A stretch of DNA of 64,000 nucleotides from Pelomyxa schiedti. Its lineage: Eukaryota; Protista; Evosea. The DNA lies in assembly GCA_020536535.1 (NCBI GenBank), contig JAHLWZ010000842.1:1-64000 (forward strand), read 5' to 3'. The notes below the pieces were generated by a model, which was given only the letters and a program-made list of their open reading frames with translations, searched no databases and was not told where the DNA came from. The translations under genes and the position numbers were made by a program. Below, piece by piece: positions 11,606 to 23,285 of the stretch (within the stretch, counting starts at the first letter, position 1; each line of letters begins with the position of its first letter).

Positions 11606-13783
11606 TCAATGCTCCACAAGCCTTTTCGATAGCCTATGGTGCTGGTTAGACACTGTTAAACAGTACAGTGGCGTTCTTAGAAAGAGAAATGCGGAAGGAA
11701 ATACCTCGACAAGTATCGCTGGCAGTAGCTTATCACCACGTGGGACGGTAAGTAACGGTTTGAGCACCGACTGCTGCTCCTCCAGAGTGGAATGAAACAT
11801 GTCGAGGCACCGCTGGACCTCAGCTACATCGGCACCTACAGTCGTGAGATACCGTAGAAGTGGGCTACGCAAAATACCTGACAATTCTTCTCGCGGTTTT
11901 TTATTCAATCCATCTTTGGATACAACATTGGGAGGAGGGCGTTTACGAGAAAGGTTAGTTTCCTTGTAATTGTTTGTTAAAGAGCAGGCAAATGAGTCTA
12001 GAATTACCTGTACACTGGGAGTAATCTCTCTAATTAACTGTCTAAGTAAAGGATTCTTATTTGGAGGTAGTGGTGCTTGTTCTGGTCTATCACAAAACTT
12101 GGGATAGAGAGCTGGACCGAGATTGTCTATCGAAGGCTTTCCTTGGTCACAAGGACCGTTTCGACTGCTGTTTGGATAGTTACAAGATGGTGCACTACTG
12201 AGAGGAAGAGGAATGGTGCCGCGCCAAGTCTGAATCGGTGTCGGTGCTTGTGTTGGTGTTGGTGGGACGGCAGGCGGGCTCCAGAGCGGTGGATTGACGG
12301 TGGAGGGGTGGTTGGTTTGTGTGGATACGGTTGGTTCTACTGAGGGAACTTGTGTAGAAATGGCGGTGGAATCGGTCTTTGCATCCAGCATAGCTGGCGA
12401 GGCACCTCTTTCCACGTGAACAGTCCGAGGACTGATTGCGCGAATCGGCACATGAAGCACTGGGGTTGGCAGAACTCTGGCTGCCTGTGATGGCTGGGAT
12501 GAGGACACTGGGGGTACCGTAGAACCGTTCTCAGCACCAGGAGAATTCGGCCTATGCAAGTTCAGTGAGCGAGAAACCTGGGTTTCTGTAAGTGGCAGAG
12601 CTGCCGGAATTGGAACCGGAACCGCAATTCCCGTGGCGGCACTGCTTTTGCCCGAGTCTGATGGCGAGGAAGCTACAGGGAAGTCTAGCTTTGATAGAGG
12701 TGGAACTGCAGGTCCCCCGTTCTGAGGGGGCTGTTTTGGTGTTGGCTTGGTGACAGAGCGGCCGCTGTTCTCGGGCGGCTGCCTCTGAGTTGTGGTTGAC
12801 GGCTGATTCTGGTTCTGAACATGATTCTGATTCTGGAAGTTGCTCTGCTTCGGCAATTGCTGCTTGCGGGCGGCTGCGCCGGTTTGGACCGGCGATTTCT
12901 TTGGTTGTGTCTGCTGGGGTGATTGCTTTGTCTTTGGCAGCGGTTGTTTGGGTGTGGCTTGTAGGGCTCGAGGAAGAGGGATGTGAAGCGGCGGCGGCAT
13001 CATTTCGGCCGATTTCTGTGCCTCGGGTGGGATTATGGGAAGAGGTGGAGGTGGTGGTGGAGGCGGTGTCTGTTGTTGGGTGGCAGGAGGAGGCGGAGGA
13101 GGAGGAATTTGTCGTGAACCTGGCGGAGGTGGTGCCTGCTGTGGGGAAACAGGGACGGGACCGAATTGTGGGAAAGGGAGAGGGAGCAGAGACTGCGGGG
13201 GAACCTGAGGAGGAATTTGTTGTGTGCCGGCCGGGGGTGGTGTTTGTTGCGGGGAACTGGTAACGACTTGTGGGATAGGGAGAGGGAGTAAGGGCGGGGG
13301 CTGAGTACGCTGCTGCAGTGGAGTTTGAAGTGGTGTTGTATCTCGTGACTGGATACCAATCCGAGAAGACTGATGCGGGGTCAGTGGTGCAGTGCTTGAT
13401 TGGTGGGGGTCCGGAATCAATTGTGGGACAGGAGCCGCGGCGGGTTGGTTTGGCGTGGGCAGCGAGTCTGTCGTCATTGGAGTTGTCGTGGCCTCTGAGT
13501 TGGGTACAGTTTTGCCTGCCATTTTGGCTGCGAGTCTCTTGCGTATCTCGTCGACTGAGATCTTGGTGTCCGGCATGTTGCAGTCCGCAAACGGGTCGTC
13601 GTACATCGTATAAGTGGTCGCATCAGATCCGTCGTCGGCAGTGAGGTCGACCACTTCGGCGCGCCTCACGTCGTTCTTGAGCCACACCAACGTGTCGAGG
13701 CACCTGGCCCTGAACTTCTCCGGCCCAGGACGAGGCCCAGGCGGCAGAGGGGGGGGCGGGGGCGGCGCTTGAGACTGCATCAT
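11606..13783 (-). CDS. Proline/glutamine-rich, probably nuclear protein; 3' exons unresolved (may extend to ~11250)
   Basis: 725-codon ORF; EVVDLTADD SIM-like motif; RKRPP...KKPR NLS-like motif; probable donor after ILVE. Confidence 0.65.
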   Translation of the reverse strand: MMQSQAPPPPPPLPPGPRPGPEKFRARCLDTLVWLKNDVRRAEVVDLTADDGSDATTYTMYDDPFADCNMPDTKISVDEIRKRLAAKMAGKTVPNSEATTTPMTTDSLPTPNQPAAAPVPQLIPDPHQSSTAPLTPHQSSRIGIQSRDTTPLQTPLQQRTQPPPLLPLPIPQVVTSSPQQTPPPAGTQQIPPQVPPQSLLPLPFPQFGPVPVSPQQAPPPPGSRQIPPPPPPPATQQQTPPPPPPPPLPIIPPEAQKSAEMMPPPLHIPLPRALQATPKQPLPKTKQSPQQTQPKKSPVQTGAAARKQQLPKQSNFQNQNHVQNQNQPSTTTQRQPPENSGRSVTKPTPKQPPQNGGPAVPPLSKLDFPVASSPSDSGKSSAATGIAVPVPIPAALPLTETQVSRSLNLHRPNSPGAENGSTVPPVSSSQPSQAARVLPTPVLHVPIRAISPRTVHVERGASPAMLDAKTDSTAISTQVPSVEPTVSTQTNHPSTVNPPLWSPPAVPPTPTQAPTPIQTWRGTIPLPLSSAPSCNYPNSSRNGPCDQGKPSIDNLGPALYPKFCDRPEQAPLPPNKNPLLRQLIREITPSVQVILDSFACSLTNNYKETNLSRKRPPPNVVSKDGLNKKPREELSGILRSPLLRYLTTVGADVAEVQRCLDMFHSTLEEQQSVLKPLLTVPRGDKLLPAILVEVFPSAFLFLRTPLYCLTVSNQHHRLSKRLVEH

Positions 13784-13976
13784 TTACTTGCTTAACAGCG
13801 AGCAGTGCCGACAATTTTTGTTGATCTGATCTTTTTTCTTTCTATTTTTCTTTTTTTCGTGCAGTTGCGGTCTTTTCTAAACACAAGATTTTTTGGTGAC
13901 CGATTGGAGGACACTAGGGCTTATCTACTCTTCGGATTTGGCCTCCTAATAGGTAGGAGTGAGTGCAAATTTAAGG

Positions 13977-14780
13977 TTAGTGGGGACGAAGAACCGTTGT
14001 AGCAAGTTTGGTTCGCTCCTCGTTGTATCTGGCTTTGTCTTTGGCAGCTAAGTCTTGGAACTTTGTTTTGGCCGATTCAGGGGTCTCTTTCCAAAGGGCA
14101 CCCAGCTTTTTAGTAGTATCTTTTATTGTTGGTGTTAGTGAGGAATTGGAAAGGTATTGAGAACCTTGTGGAGTTAGGCCTGTGCCCTTTAACTTGGGTC
14201 TCTCTTCGTCACCTGCAGGCAGGTTTGTGCTCAGTTTTGAATGTGAGGTGGGTAGGGACTTACAGAAAAACATGTAAGCACTTCGGTTCTTCTTGGGCCC
14301 TGCAGCAGTATTCTTTCTGACCGCCGGTTTCCTTACTTTCTTGGGTGGGGCAGTAGCAGACTCAGTTGTAGTGGTAGGTGCCGTTGTAGAAGTCGCCTCA
14401 GTTGTTGCTGTGGCTGCCTTCCTGCAGGTGTGTGAAGGGGAATTCTATTAGATTAAGAGATGTATACCTAGCTGCTGCCCTGGTTCTCGGTGGTTTAACA
14501 GATTCCTTGGTATCACTAACAATGGGCTTTTGTGGCACAGGCAATTGCGTTCGGGTACGAGGACGCTTAGCAGCAGGGGCAACTGGCTCACTTTTTGGGT
14601 CACTTTTTGGCTCACTTTTTGGTTCACTTTTTTCTGTGGTCAGAGAAGGCTCACTGGCATTCACCTCTGGTGCCGCCAGATTTTGTTGAGATTGAGATTG
14701 AATCTCAGTTGTTTCCACTCTTACAACAGTTTAGTTGTGCTTTGTAAAGAACGTTGAACATACTTATTATCCGCCGACAT
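13977..14780 (-). CDS. HMG-box protein
   Basis: MSADNK|VETTE first junction; PKKNRSAYMFF...EERPKLK...KKLGALWKE...KFQDLAAKDKARY. Confidence 0.9.
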
Positions 14781-15094
14781 AACTGTGACTCTCGTATTTA
14801 TTTATATTTGTCATGGATCTTGGCATCAAAAAAAAAGTATATAAATGCCAAACGCGCAGGCAACTAACGCCAATCCTCCCTCATGCCAACACCGAAATAG
14901 AACGTAGCCACGTATCGACTGAAAGATCCCAACGCGTCCCACAACGCAAACGGCACAACTACCGATCTGCTAGAGATGAGATCAAAAAAAACCGTTCCAA
15001 CGACATTTCCTTGATGAAGCAGTTCCAGGGGCACTTTTTAAAAGAGAAAAGAAGAGAAATTTTTTTAAAAAAGCCTCTCGCTCAAAACAAAAAA

Positions 15095-16725
15095 ATGTTG
15101 ACCACCGCATCAGCAGTCACGGCAGCAGCCCTTGGTCGCTTTACCGCATCTACGACACCAAGGAGGAGTGTCCACAAGAACGTGGTTTCCAGATCTCACG
15201 TCGACGCCAATGGCCTCGTTTTGCCCCACGGTGGTTCGCTCAAGTGCTCGCTTCTCGAGGGCCAAGCGAGAGCCGATGCGCTCAAGCGCGCTCAAGGAAT
15301 GAAGCGTATTAATATCGCTTCGCGAGAAAATGGCGACCTCATTATGATGGGAATCGGTGGCTTCAGCCCACTCAATAAGTACGTAGTGACTCGAGCAGTG
15401 TTTGTTTAAACATTCATTAATAATTCTTCTCTTTGTTAGGTTCATGGGACGCGCTGATTGGAAGAGCGTCTGTGAGAAGTTCCTTCTTGCTGATGGCACT
15501 TTCTGGCCCATTCCTATTACAATGAGTGTTGACAAAGACGTGGCTAAGGCCACGAAGAGGTTTTTCCCCCTCGCTCCTCCCATTTTGGTAACCTCACACA
15601 AGGGGTGAGGAGATCGCTCTTTTCTTCAAGCCTCGAAATGAGATAGTTGGCACCATCAAGGTCGATGACGTCTGGGAGATGACTAAAAAGGAGCGTGACT
15701 TTGAGTGTCAAAATGTCTTCACAACATGCGATCCTGAGCACCCTGGTGTTAAGATGGTATGTGAGAACAGTTACTACTTAGTTCTTAAGAAATCTACAGG
15801 TTATGGAGCAAAAAGCATTCAATATGGGTGGCAACATTGTGACATTGAGCGAGGGCGAGTACCCAGAAAAATACAAGGGCATTTACATGCGCCCAGCCGA
15901 AGTACGCCAGAAATTCGCAGCTAGAAAATGGAAGACAATTGCTGCCCTCCAACTGCGCAATCCCATGCACAGGTCGCATGAGTACCTTGCCAAGATTGCT
16001 GCCGAAGTTTGCGATGGTTGTTATTCCAGTCCTGTCCCCTTTGTATTCATCTTCATCTAGGTGTCTTCATTCACTCACTTGTTGGGAATCTTAAGCCAGG
16101 AGATATTCCAGCTGAAGTCCGTGTCAAGTGCATCGATGCGCTTGTCTCCAAGTACTTCGTCCCAGCCAGTGAGTATCATTCACAGTGAGAAACGTCTTTT
16201 AACACAGCGTTTTACCTTAGATGTGATGCAAGGAGGGTATCCTCTGGATATGCGATATGGTGGCCCAAGGGAGGCACTTTTGCATGCCCTGTTCCGCCAA
16301 AACTATGGCTGCAGCCACATGATAATTGGCCGCGACCACGCCGGCGTTGGGAATTACTATGGCCCGTTTGATGCCCATTACATCTTTGATAAGATTCCAA
16401 CTCCAGCGGATCCAAACAAAGCCCTTCAGTGCCAACCAATGCGCATTGACTGGACCTTTTACTGTGTCAAGTGCGACGGAATGGCCTCTCTTAGGACTTG
16501 CCCTCACGAGTGTGTTTCAAATTTACTTCGAACCATCACTTACCTTTTCACAGTAAGAAGGACCGTGTCATAGTCAGTGGAACCATGGTTCGGAAGCTTC
16601 TTTCAGAGAAGGGCGAATTGCCAGACCACTTCGGCCGAACAGAAGTCATCGAAATCCTCCGCAAATACTACGAAAACCTCACCGAGAAAGTAGAGGTCAA
16701 GCTTCACAAGGCTGCCACAATGTGA
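15095..16725 (+). CDS. sat: ATP sulfurylase (sulfate adenylyltransferase) with N-terminal organellar presequence, 5 introns
   Basis: [33 protein letters not shown] (HxxH), [34 protein letters not shown], CxxC...RTCPH zinc site, SGTMVRKLL. Confidence 0.96.
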
Positions 16726-16849
16726 TCGTGGAGAAAAAGCCCAAACCAATAGAAGTTCGCACCACCAATCCAAAACCCTTTCTTTTTTTGTGATACCAAC
16801 GAGACAGAGAAACTTTTGTGATTTCCTGATTTTTTTCACCCATAAGTAT

Positions 16850-17059
16850 TGGTGGGGGATTTTCTTGCAGCTAAAAAGAGCTCCGGGAGGGTCCTTGCTC
16901 TGCCCCCACCATCGGATGGGACTGATTGCTCATAACTTGGCGTAACTCGTATGATACTCCCTTATGGGGAGACACTGATACTCCAAGTTGCGGAAAAGCC
17001 TCAAGTTTCTTCAACTGTCAGTTATTGGGTCCGACACCCTTTGGGGGCTGTAAGTTTTT
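16850..17059 (+). ncRNA. Candidate structured RNA (unassigned)
   Basis: Stems 16850-16858/16903-16911; 16912-16916/17030-17034; 16934-16940/16983-16989; 16957-16961/16967-16971; ends in a T-run. Confidence 0.3.
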
Positions 17060-17159
17060 GCTTCATTTTTTTTTTCAATGCACATCCACAACAAGTGTGT
17101 ATCAGATTTCATGTGGGGTCTAACATACTGATGTTTGTGTGCGTTCCTTTGGGATTCCT

Positions 17160-19575
17160 CTATAGCTGCATCTCCAACCACAGGCTTGTCAGCCACCTTG
17201 TACCCTCATGCGGAGTGTCAGGCACCATGTCAGCCATTGTGAGTCCCTCCACAGTACGAACTGTGACTTGAATGTGAAGTGGTGAGGCCATGGCAAACTT
17301 CATGAGGTGTTCCTTGAGAAATTCGGCTGTTATGTCCGGAAACACACGCAGTAGCATCTTCCACGTGCTGAGAGACATACTGTTCTCTGGATGAAACCAT
17401 GGAAACCGTTTCACCACTGAGCAGATCTTTTATTTTATAGTTGGGTGAAAGTACAGGGTAATAGAAAATGACCTCGTCCAAGGTTATGTGGAACTTGCGT
17501 ATCAACCACTCGGCGCAATTGGTCTTTTGTCCGTAAAGCAACTCTAACAGCAGGGTATTCTCACATGCCTTGACTTGTTCAACATTCAAGTGAAATCGGT
17601 TGATCAAGTACTTCACGACTTTTCCAGATTTCACATGAACATGGTTTGTCAAACCTTCGGCAACATCTTCTGAAGAGAAGTTCCCATGTGATAACAGCTG
17701 CATTAATTTGGAAACGTTTGCACAGCAAACAGCTTGCTCTACAGCAAGTGGCCTGACAGAAGGGGGAATTGAAAAATTGAGTTTGTCCAGTAGAAGCAAT
17801 ACTGCATTCAACTCGGTGAATTGCAAGTTGTTTTCCACTGCTTCACACACTGCGATTTCACTGAGGATGTGAGGTGCAATTTTCGAAAGGAACCACTCAA
17901 GGCCATTGAAGGAATTGATTTTTGGGAAAATTGAGTTGGCTACACATGGGTCTGCATTCACACTATCCATCACATGGAAGGTCTTTTCCAACCAATCTGC
18001 AATGGAAGTATTGCTGTGATCGAGGGAGTCCTGGAGGCATCTATGGAGTTGTTCCGTTGTTAGTGGTGGTACCGTTATTGGCAACAGGGTATTCAATACT
18101 GACACGTTGTCATGCCTGTTGCCACATGCTGAAATGAATATGTCAGGGGTACATGGCCCAAATCCGTCAGAGGTGAGGAGTGTAGGAAGCCACAGAAGGA
18201 GCTCCAGGCTTTTGGAATTCCTAAGGGCATAGGAGAGATCATTCTCTGTCAGTGGGACAGTGAAATTTTGAACCACCCATTTGAAAGCTTTTTCTTTGTT
18301 GATGTTTAACTTTGGAAGACTTGTAACTGAAAATGACTCCTTAATCCACTGGCACCCTTCTTCCACATCACTCTCGTCCCGTGACGAACATCGAATGAAT
18401 GAGGACAGAATATCTACCCCATCACCTGGGTCCTTTTCCTTACCACAGAACCACTCAGCACACAGCTTCACAATTTCCAAACTTGGGGTTCCAAAGAAGT
18501 CTTCCAAACTCCATGGATCAATATTCATTGCAATTCTGCAGGCAGCCAAAACACAAGTCGAGGACGCCAGCCATTTCACAACATCAACATTGCCCTGTGC
18601 CACAGCACTATGAAATGGTCCAACCAGCTCCCATCCCTCTCGGCCCACGTCAAACGTGGATATCACCCATTTCACAGCATCAACGTGCCCTCCTCTGCAG
18701 GCATCCCACAGTAGGCTTGCAGTGGTAATTGCAGTTGCATCCCTGATGTCATCCAGCATGTCTCCCACTGGCCACGATAGTGGAACACCCCTCCAGCCCT
18801 CCTCATTCCTACCCCCACTCTGCACCAATTCTTGCGCCATGTCAATATGACCACCTGTACATGTTATGGTCATTGATTGGCCCCTGAATGAATTCCAACA
18901 ACATCACGTCGAACTGAACTGAACTCTACAAAGTTGATAACAAACATAAGCACTACAAAGACACACACACACACACACACACACACACCACACACACACC
19001 ACACACACACCACACACACACCACACACACACCACACACACAACACACACACAACACACACACCACACACACACCACACACACACCACACACACACCACA
19101 CACACACACACACACAACACACACACAACACACACACAACACACACACAACACACACACAACACACACACAACACACACACCATAGCATAGACCCCTCAA
19201 TACAGTGAGGCAGTCCTTTCTGTTGTTGTTTTTCGTGCTTTTGTCCTTGCTGTGCAACAGTATCCACCTCAGGCACCTCAGGCTCGCAGCCCTCCCTGCA
19301 CACTTCAACGCGACGTAGCGGGACGTGAACAGGGCCTGCATGTCCGCGTCCTCGTCAGGATCCACGGCGTCCGCGGCAAGCACGGCGCGGCAGGCCCTCG
19401 GCACCAGCGGGAAAAGGGCCTCGGCGAGCCCCAGCGCCCACACGTAGTCGATTATGGGAACGGCCGACGAGCGGCGACGCCGGCCCAGCACAGTCGGGAC
19501 TACGACGTGGTCCCAAACGACACGCGAAACGAGGAGCAACTGCAACACGCCTTCATCCCGTGGCGCACTCTGCAT
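17160..19575 (-). CDS. Degenerate ankyrin-repeat-like hypothetical protein
   Basis: Exon 1 19575-19182 joins via a 327-nt intron to give LRGLCYGGHIDMAQELV; LWDACRGGHVDAVKWV; AVAQGNVDVVKWL; 46-nt last intron joins to ORF 17160-17417. Confidence 0.7.
18961..19181. repeat. Compound (CA)n microsatellite / ~11-bp minisatellite inside an intron
   Basis: About 220 nt of ACACACACACC / ACACACACAAC units. Confidence 0.95.
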
Positions 19576-19644
19576 AGTGTCCCTTCGATCCCGCAGAAAA
19601 AACAAGTTGTTCACGCCACGAAACCAAGACCTCAGGAAACAAAC

Positions 19645-19671
19645 AAAAAAAAAAAAAAAAAAAAAAAAAAA
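19645..19671. promoter_or_regulatory. 27-nt poly(dA:dT) tract in a 117-bp bidirectional promoter
   Basis: A27 lies between divergent ATGs at 19575 (-) and 19693 (+). Confidence 0.55.
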
Positions 19672-19692
19672 CTCGAAGACAATTAACAAGCG

Positions 19693-21049
19693 ATGCAACA
19701 AGCGGAAGGCGCGACAAACAACGTGGTGGTGACGCCGCCGGAAGCAACGACGGCAGCGACGTCGGCGGCCGAGGTCCCCACGACCGCGTCGTCTCCGTCG
19801 CTGTCGCCGCCGCCGAGCACCGACCCGACGAGGGCGACGTCGCCCGCGCCGCTGGAGGTGCCGCCGAGCGCGGCCGCGACGTCGGGGACCGCCAAGACGA
19901 CCACGACGACGACGCCGGCGACCACGATGGTGGGGATGCTGAGGGGCAGGGTGGCGTTGGTCACCGGCGCCAGTCGCGGAATCGGCAGGGCTTGTGCCCT
20001 TGCCCTAGCAAAAGTACGTGTCTGTGTGTGTTCGATGGTTGACCTTTGTCATTATTATTATTTTTTTCCTTTTTTTTTTTTTTAGTTCTACTTTTTTCCC
20101 TCTTCCTTTTCGTGACTATTTGTGGGTGACAAGAAGCAAAGTATGGATTATTAATTCTCGTTTAGGCTGGAGCGGACGTGGCTATAAACTACCACTCGAG
20201 AGAGGTGGCGGCACAGGAGACAGCTAGAATGATTAGGGAAGTTGCTCCAGAATCTCGCGTGATTGTTGTGCAGGCTGATGTGGGGAAAGCTGACGCAGTC
20301 AGGGCAATGGTTGCTCAAGTAAACCGCAGGCTTGGCACTATCGGTGTTCTTGTAAATAATGCAGGGATTGCTCCAACCACACCTCCCGATGAAATCACTG
20401 AAGACGATTTTGACTCTGTAATTGAGACCAACTTGAAGGTTATTCATACTACTTTCCCGATTGTACTTACTATTCTCAAGTCTGCATTTTTGCTTTCACA
20501 AGCAGTGATCCCAGGAATGTGCTCCCAAGGCTGGGGAAGGATCATAAACATCACTAGTGTAGCAGCTTACACTGGTGGCGCAGTAGGTGCCCTGAGTTTT
20601 ATATTTATTGGTGCTGTTTTTGAAACACAATTAATCACTATCTTTTCCAGGTCCCCACTATGCCGCATCCAAGGCGGGAATGATAGGCTTGACCAACAGT
20701 TACTCCAATTTGTACGTCAAGGAAGGAATTACAGGTTTTGCCCCCTTTACAATTATCGATAAGTGCATAATTCTCTTCTACCCAACCCAGTTAATGCTGT
20801 TGCCCCCGGACTTGTACTCACAGAGACACAAAGCGATGGTGGAGCATTGGACAAAATGCTACCACTCACTGGTCCAGGAAGATTTGGATTCCCTGAGGAA
20901 GTTGCTCAAGTTGTGGTCATGTTGGCTGGCAATGGATGTAATTCACTCACCCTCTTTTGTGATTCCTCCATTATTTCACTAACAATCACACAAAAAAAGA
21001 TGTCACTGGGCAGACTATAAATGTGGATGGTGGTATTTATAAAAAATGA
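19693..21049 (+). CDS. Classical short-chain dehydrogenase/reductase (FabG-like) with T/P/A-rich N-terminal extension
   Basis: VALVTGASRGIG, LVNNAGI, IINITS, HYAASK (YxxxK), VNAVAPG, YVTGQTINVDGG. Confidence 0.92.
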
Positions 21050-21103
21050 GGCTTTTTACTGGGTCCTTAAAACTTTTTTTTTATGTTTCTTTGCTTCTTC
21101 CTT

Positions 21104-23202
21104 TCAGTAGTTCTTTCGAAGTGACAGGAGTGCATTGTGAAGGTCATTGGCGTTGGGCATGTTTCTTAGAATATCACGAGGTCCAACCAAAACCAGTGTG
21201 GGTTTGCTCTCCAGTAGTTTGGTGGCAAATCTGTTCTTGGGTAAGTTGTTTGTAAAGTAAAAGCATGGGTCAAGCTACTTCACAACTGACTCTTTGGTCA
21301 AAGTACTGAGGAAGTCAAGAACATCACTTTGAGACATGTACGAGCTCCTGAAAAGAGGGGATAAGTACAGATGTTTGCGGTGGGAGATATTCACCTCATT
21401 AATAGTTGTCTGTTAAGGTCACAGGCGTGAACAGAGTCCGATTCATTGGCACTAAACATCATATGTTTAATGGCATTGATCATACGTTTGAACTCTTCAT
21501 CTTCAATGTCTTTCAATTTAAGGAGTTCTGATAGTAATACCTAGTTTCAATTTCAACCTACAGTCGAAATATTTTATACAAACCAGTAAGAATCGAGGGG
21601 TATAAGTGGGTGAACAAGATCCCTGCAGAAGAAACATCCCAGTGTCTCTGAAGGAAAAGTGTGCGGAGTACGCACTTTCCACCCAATCATGACAAAGAAC
21701 GTTTGTGTACAGGCGCGTAAGGAGACCTCATGAGTAAATTAGATATTGATATCAAAAGATTTGCCAATATTCAAACCTTTTCCTGGACCACCCTCTGAAA
21801 AAGAAGAACCACCACCAAGAAGGGTAACCAGTGCACATGCCGCTATAAAATCAGAATCTTTCATTGACACTCCTTCGAATCCAAGACCTACCTGGTAGAG
21901 GTCAGTGGAGGAAAGGCTCTGCATTGCCTCCTACGTGCACAAGGTGAGCCTTATTTCCAGCCAGCATTGGCTTCATATCCTCAATAGGAAGTGTTTTGTC
22001 TCCACCCTATCAGTTGGACAACGCTTAATGCCTAAACTATCATGAACTCCCAATATAATAAATCAGACACAAAATGACAACAGAAAGGGGGAGCACTAGG
22101 TCTATAGAGAGGAAAGTGAACTCACCATGTACTTCTGTGTTGCAGAAGGACACTTATCTGCGGTCTTAGATATAGGCTTCTTAAAGAAGGCTTTGCTACG
22201 ACGCACAGCTTCACTGCACTGTAGTCCTACGGTGGTAATGGCAACTCTACTGAGTGTAAGGAGTGTGAGGGTATGAAACCAACTCACCTGTCAGGTATTG
22301 TTTGCTGCACAAAATTTGCTAAATGACGGGGAGTTACAGCACGAAGTTCTGCTGAGGTTGGGTACTGAGACATTCCTAGTACTGAACCAGCAAAAGCTGT
22401 TGTGTGAGCAAGTTCAGAAACAAGAGTCTAGTTGTTGTTAATGAGAATTAAGGTCATTGGGGTACCTCAGGGTGGGACAATGCAGAGTCTCTTTCAATCT
22501 CAAGAACCCGAATTTCTTTGAGTAATTCCTCCTCTTTGAAGGTTGTATTCTGCAATGTACAGTTAAACACTGAAGGTTGCAAATGGCTTGTATTAATTTT
22601 AGGGTGACCTACTTGAAATGATTCAGAGAGAATGTCAAACACCAATTTGGTGTCACTGTGAAGAGCATGAATTATCTGAGTGTTACAGTCACGAAATGGC
22701 ATAGTGACCAGAGATGCACCAATTTTGTGTAACGCCAGGCCAATTTCTGATGCAGTCCGTTTTTGTGTCGACTGTTGCACTGTAAAAATCGAAATAAAAA
22801 GGACAGAACGACAACCTTCAGTGCCATACGATCTGCCAGGCGACATACAGCACGATCAGAACTCCAGCTGGTGTCCACCGAAACAGCTAGTTAAAGAAGA
22901 AAAACAAATCCATAAAGTGAGTATCCAAGAGTAGTAATTCAGCAGTTACCAATGCAGGGTAGTAAAGAGTCAGTATTCTCGACAGTAGCTAGCCACGGCC
23001 TGTTGGAGGCAGCGGGCCACACCTGTGGCCTAGATCTCACATAATTGCGTTGCTGCCGCGAGATCTCGGCCGCTGCACCTTGTTCACCGCCACCGCTCGC
23101 GTGTCTCCGCCCAACGTTATCGCGTGACCAGATCTCTGCAATGTGCGGCCAAATCGCGCGCGGTTGCACGGAGCCACAACCCGGCGTCACACCCCCCAGC
23201 AT
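21104..23202 (-). CDS. PMPCA: Mitochondrial processing peptidase alpha subunit (M16B, non-catalytic)
   Basis: Glycine-rich loop LLGGGSSFSEGGPGK|GLLTRLYTNVL; LADRMALK|STQKRTASEI; HVGLGFEG; FSFRDTGMF; C-terminal KLLESKPTLVLVG; no HxxEH. Confidence 0.88.
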
Positions 23203-23285
23203 CCAAAAACAAAAGGAGTCTTTTTTTCTTCGCCGTGGAAACTCGGGAAAAGAGAACCATCATTTCGCGTTAGTAGATCGTGTCG

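Noticed and set aside
4690-14630. CRISPR-like or mobile-element repeats (33-bp duplication near 4690-4760, 12-bp units near 14588-14630)
   Set aside because: In-frame coding tandem repeats without spacers, terminal repeats or transposase
16870-16930. SAM-I riboswitch downstream of sat
   Set aside because: Only AAGAG...GAGGG resembles it; the AUC/GAU P1 helix and GCAACC core are absent
18870-19303. Cys/Val-rich and His/Thr-rich ORFs (metallothionein-like)
   Set aside because: Translations of the intronic (CA)n repeat
21890-21980. GA-AG intron in MPP alpha
   Set aside because: A 43-nt GT-AG intron with branchpoint cactgac yields the better-conserved LVH-VGLGFEG
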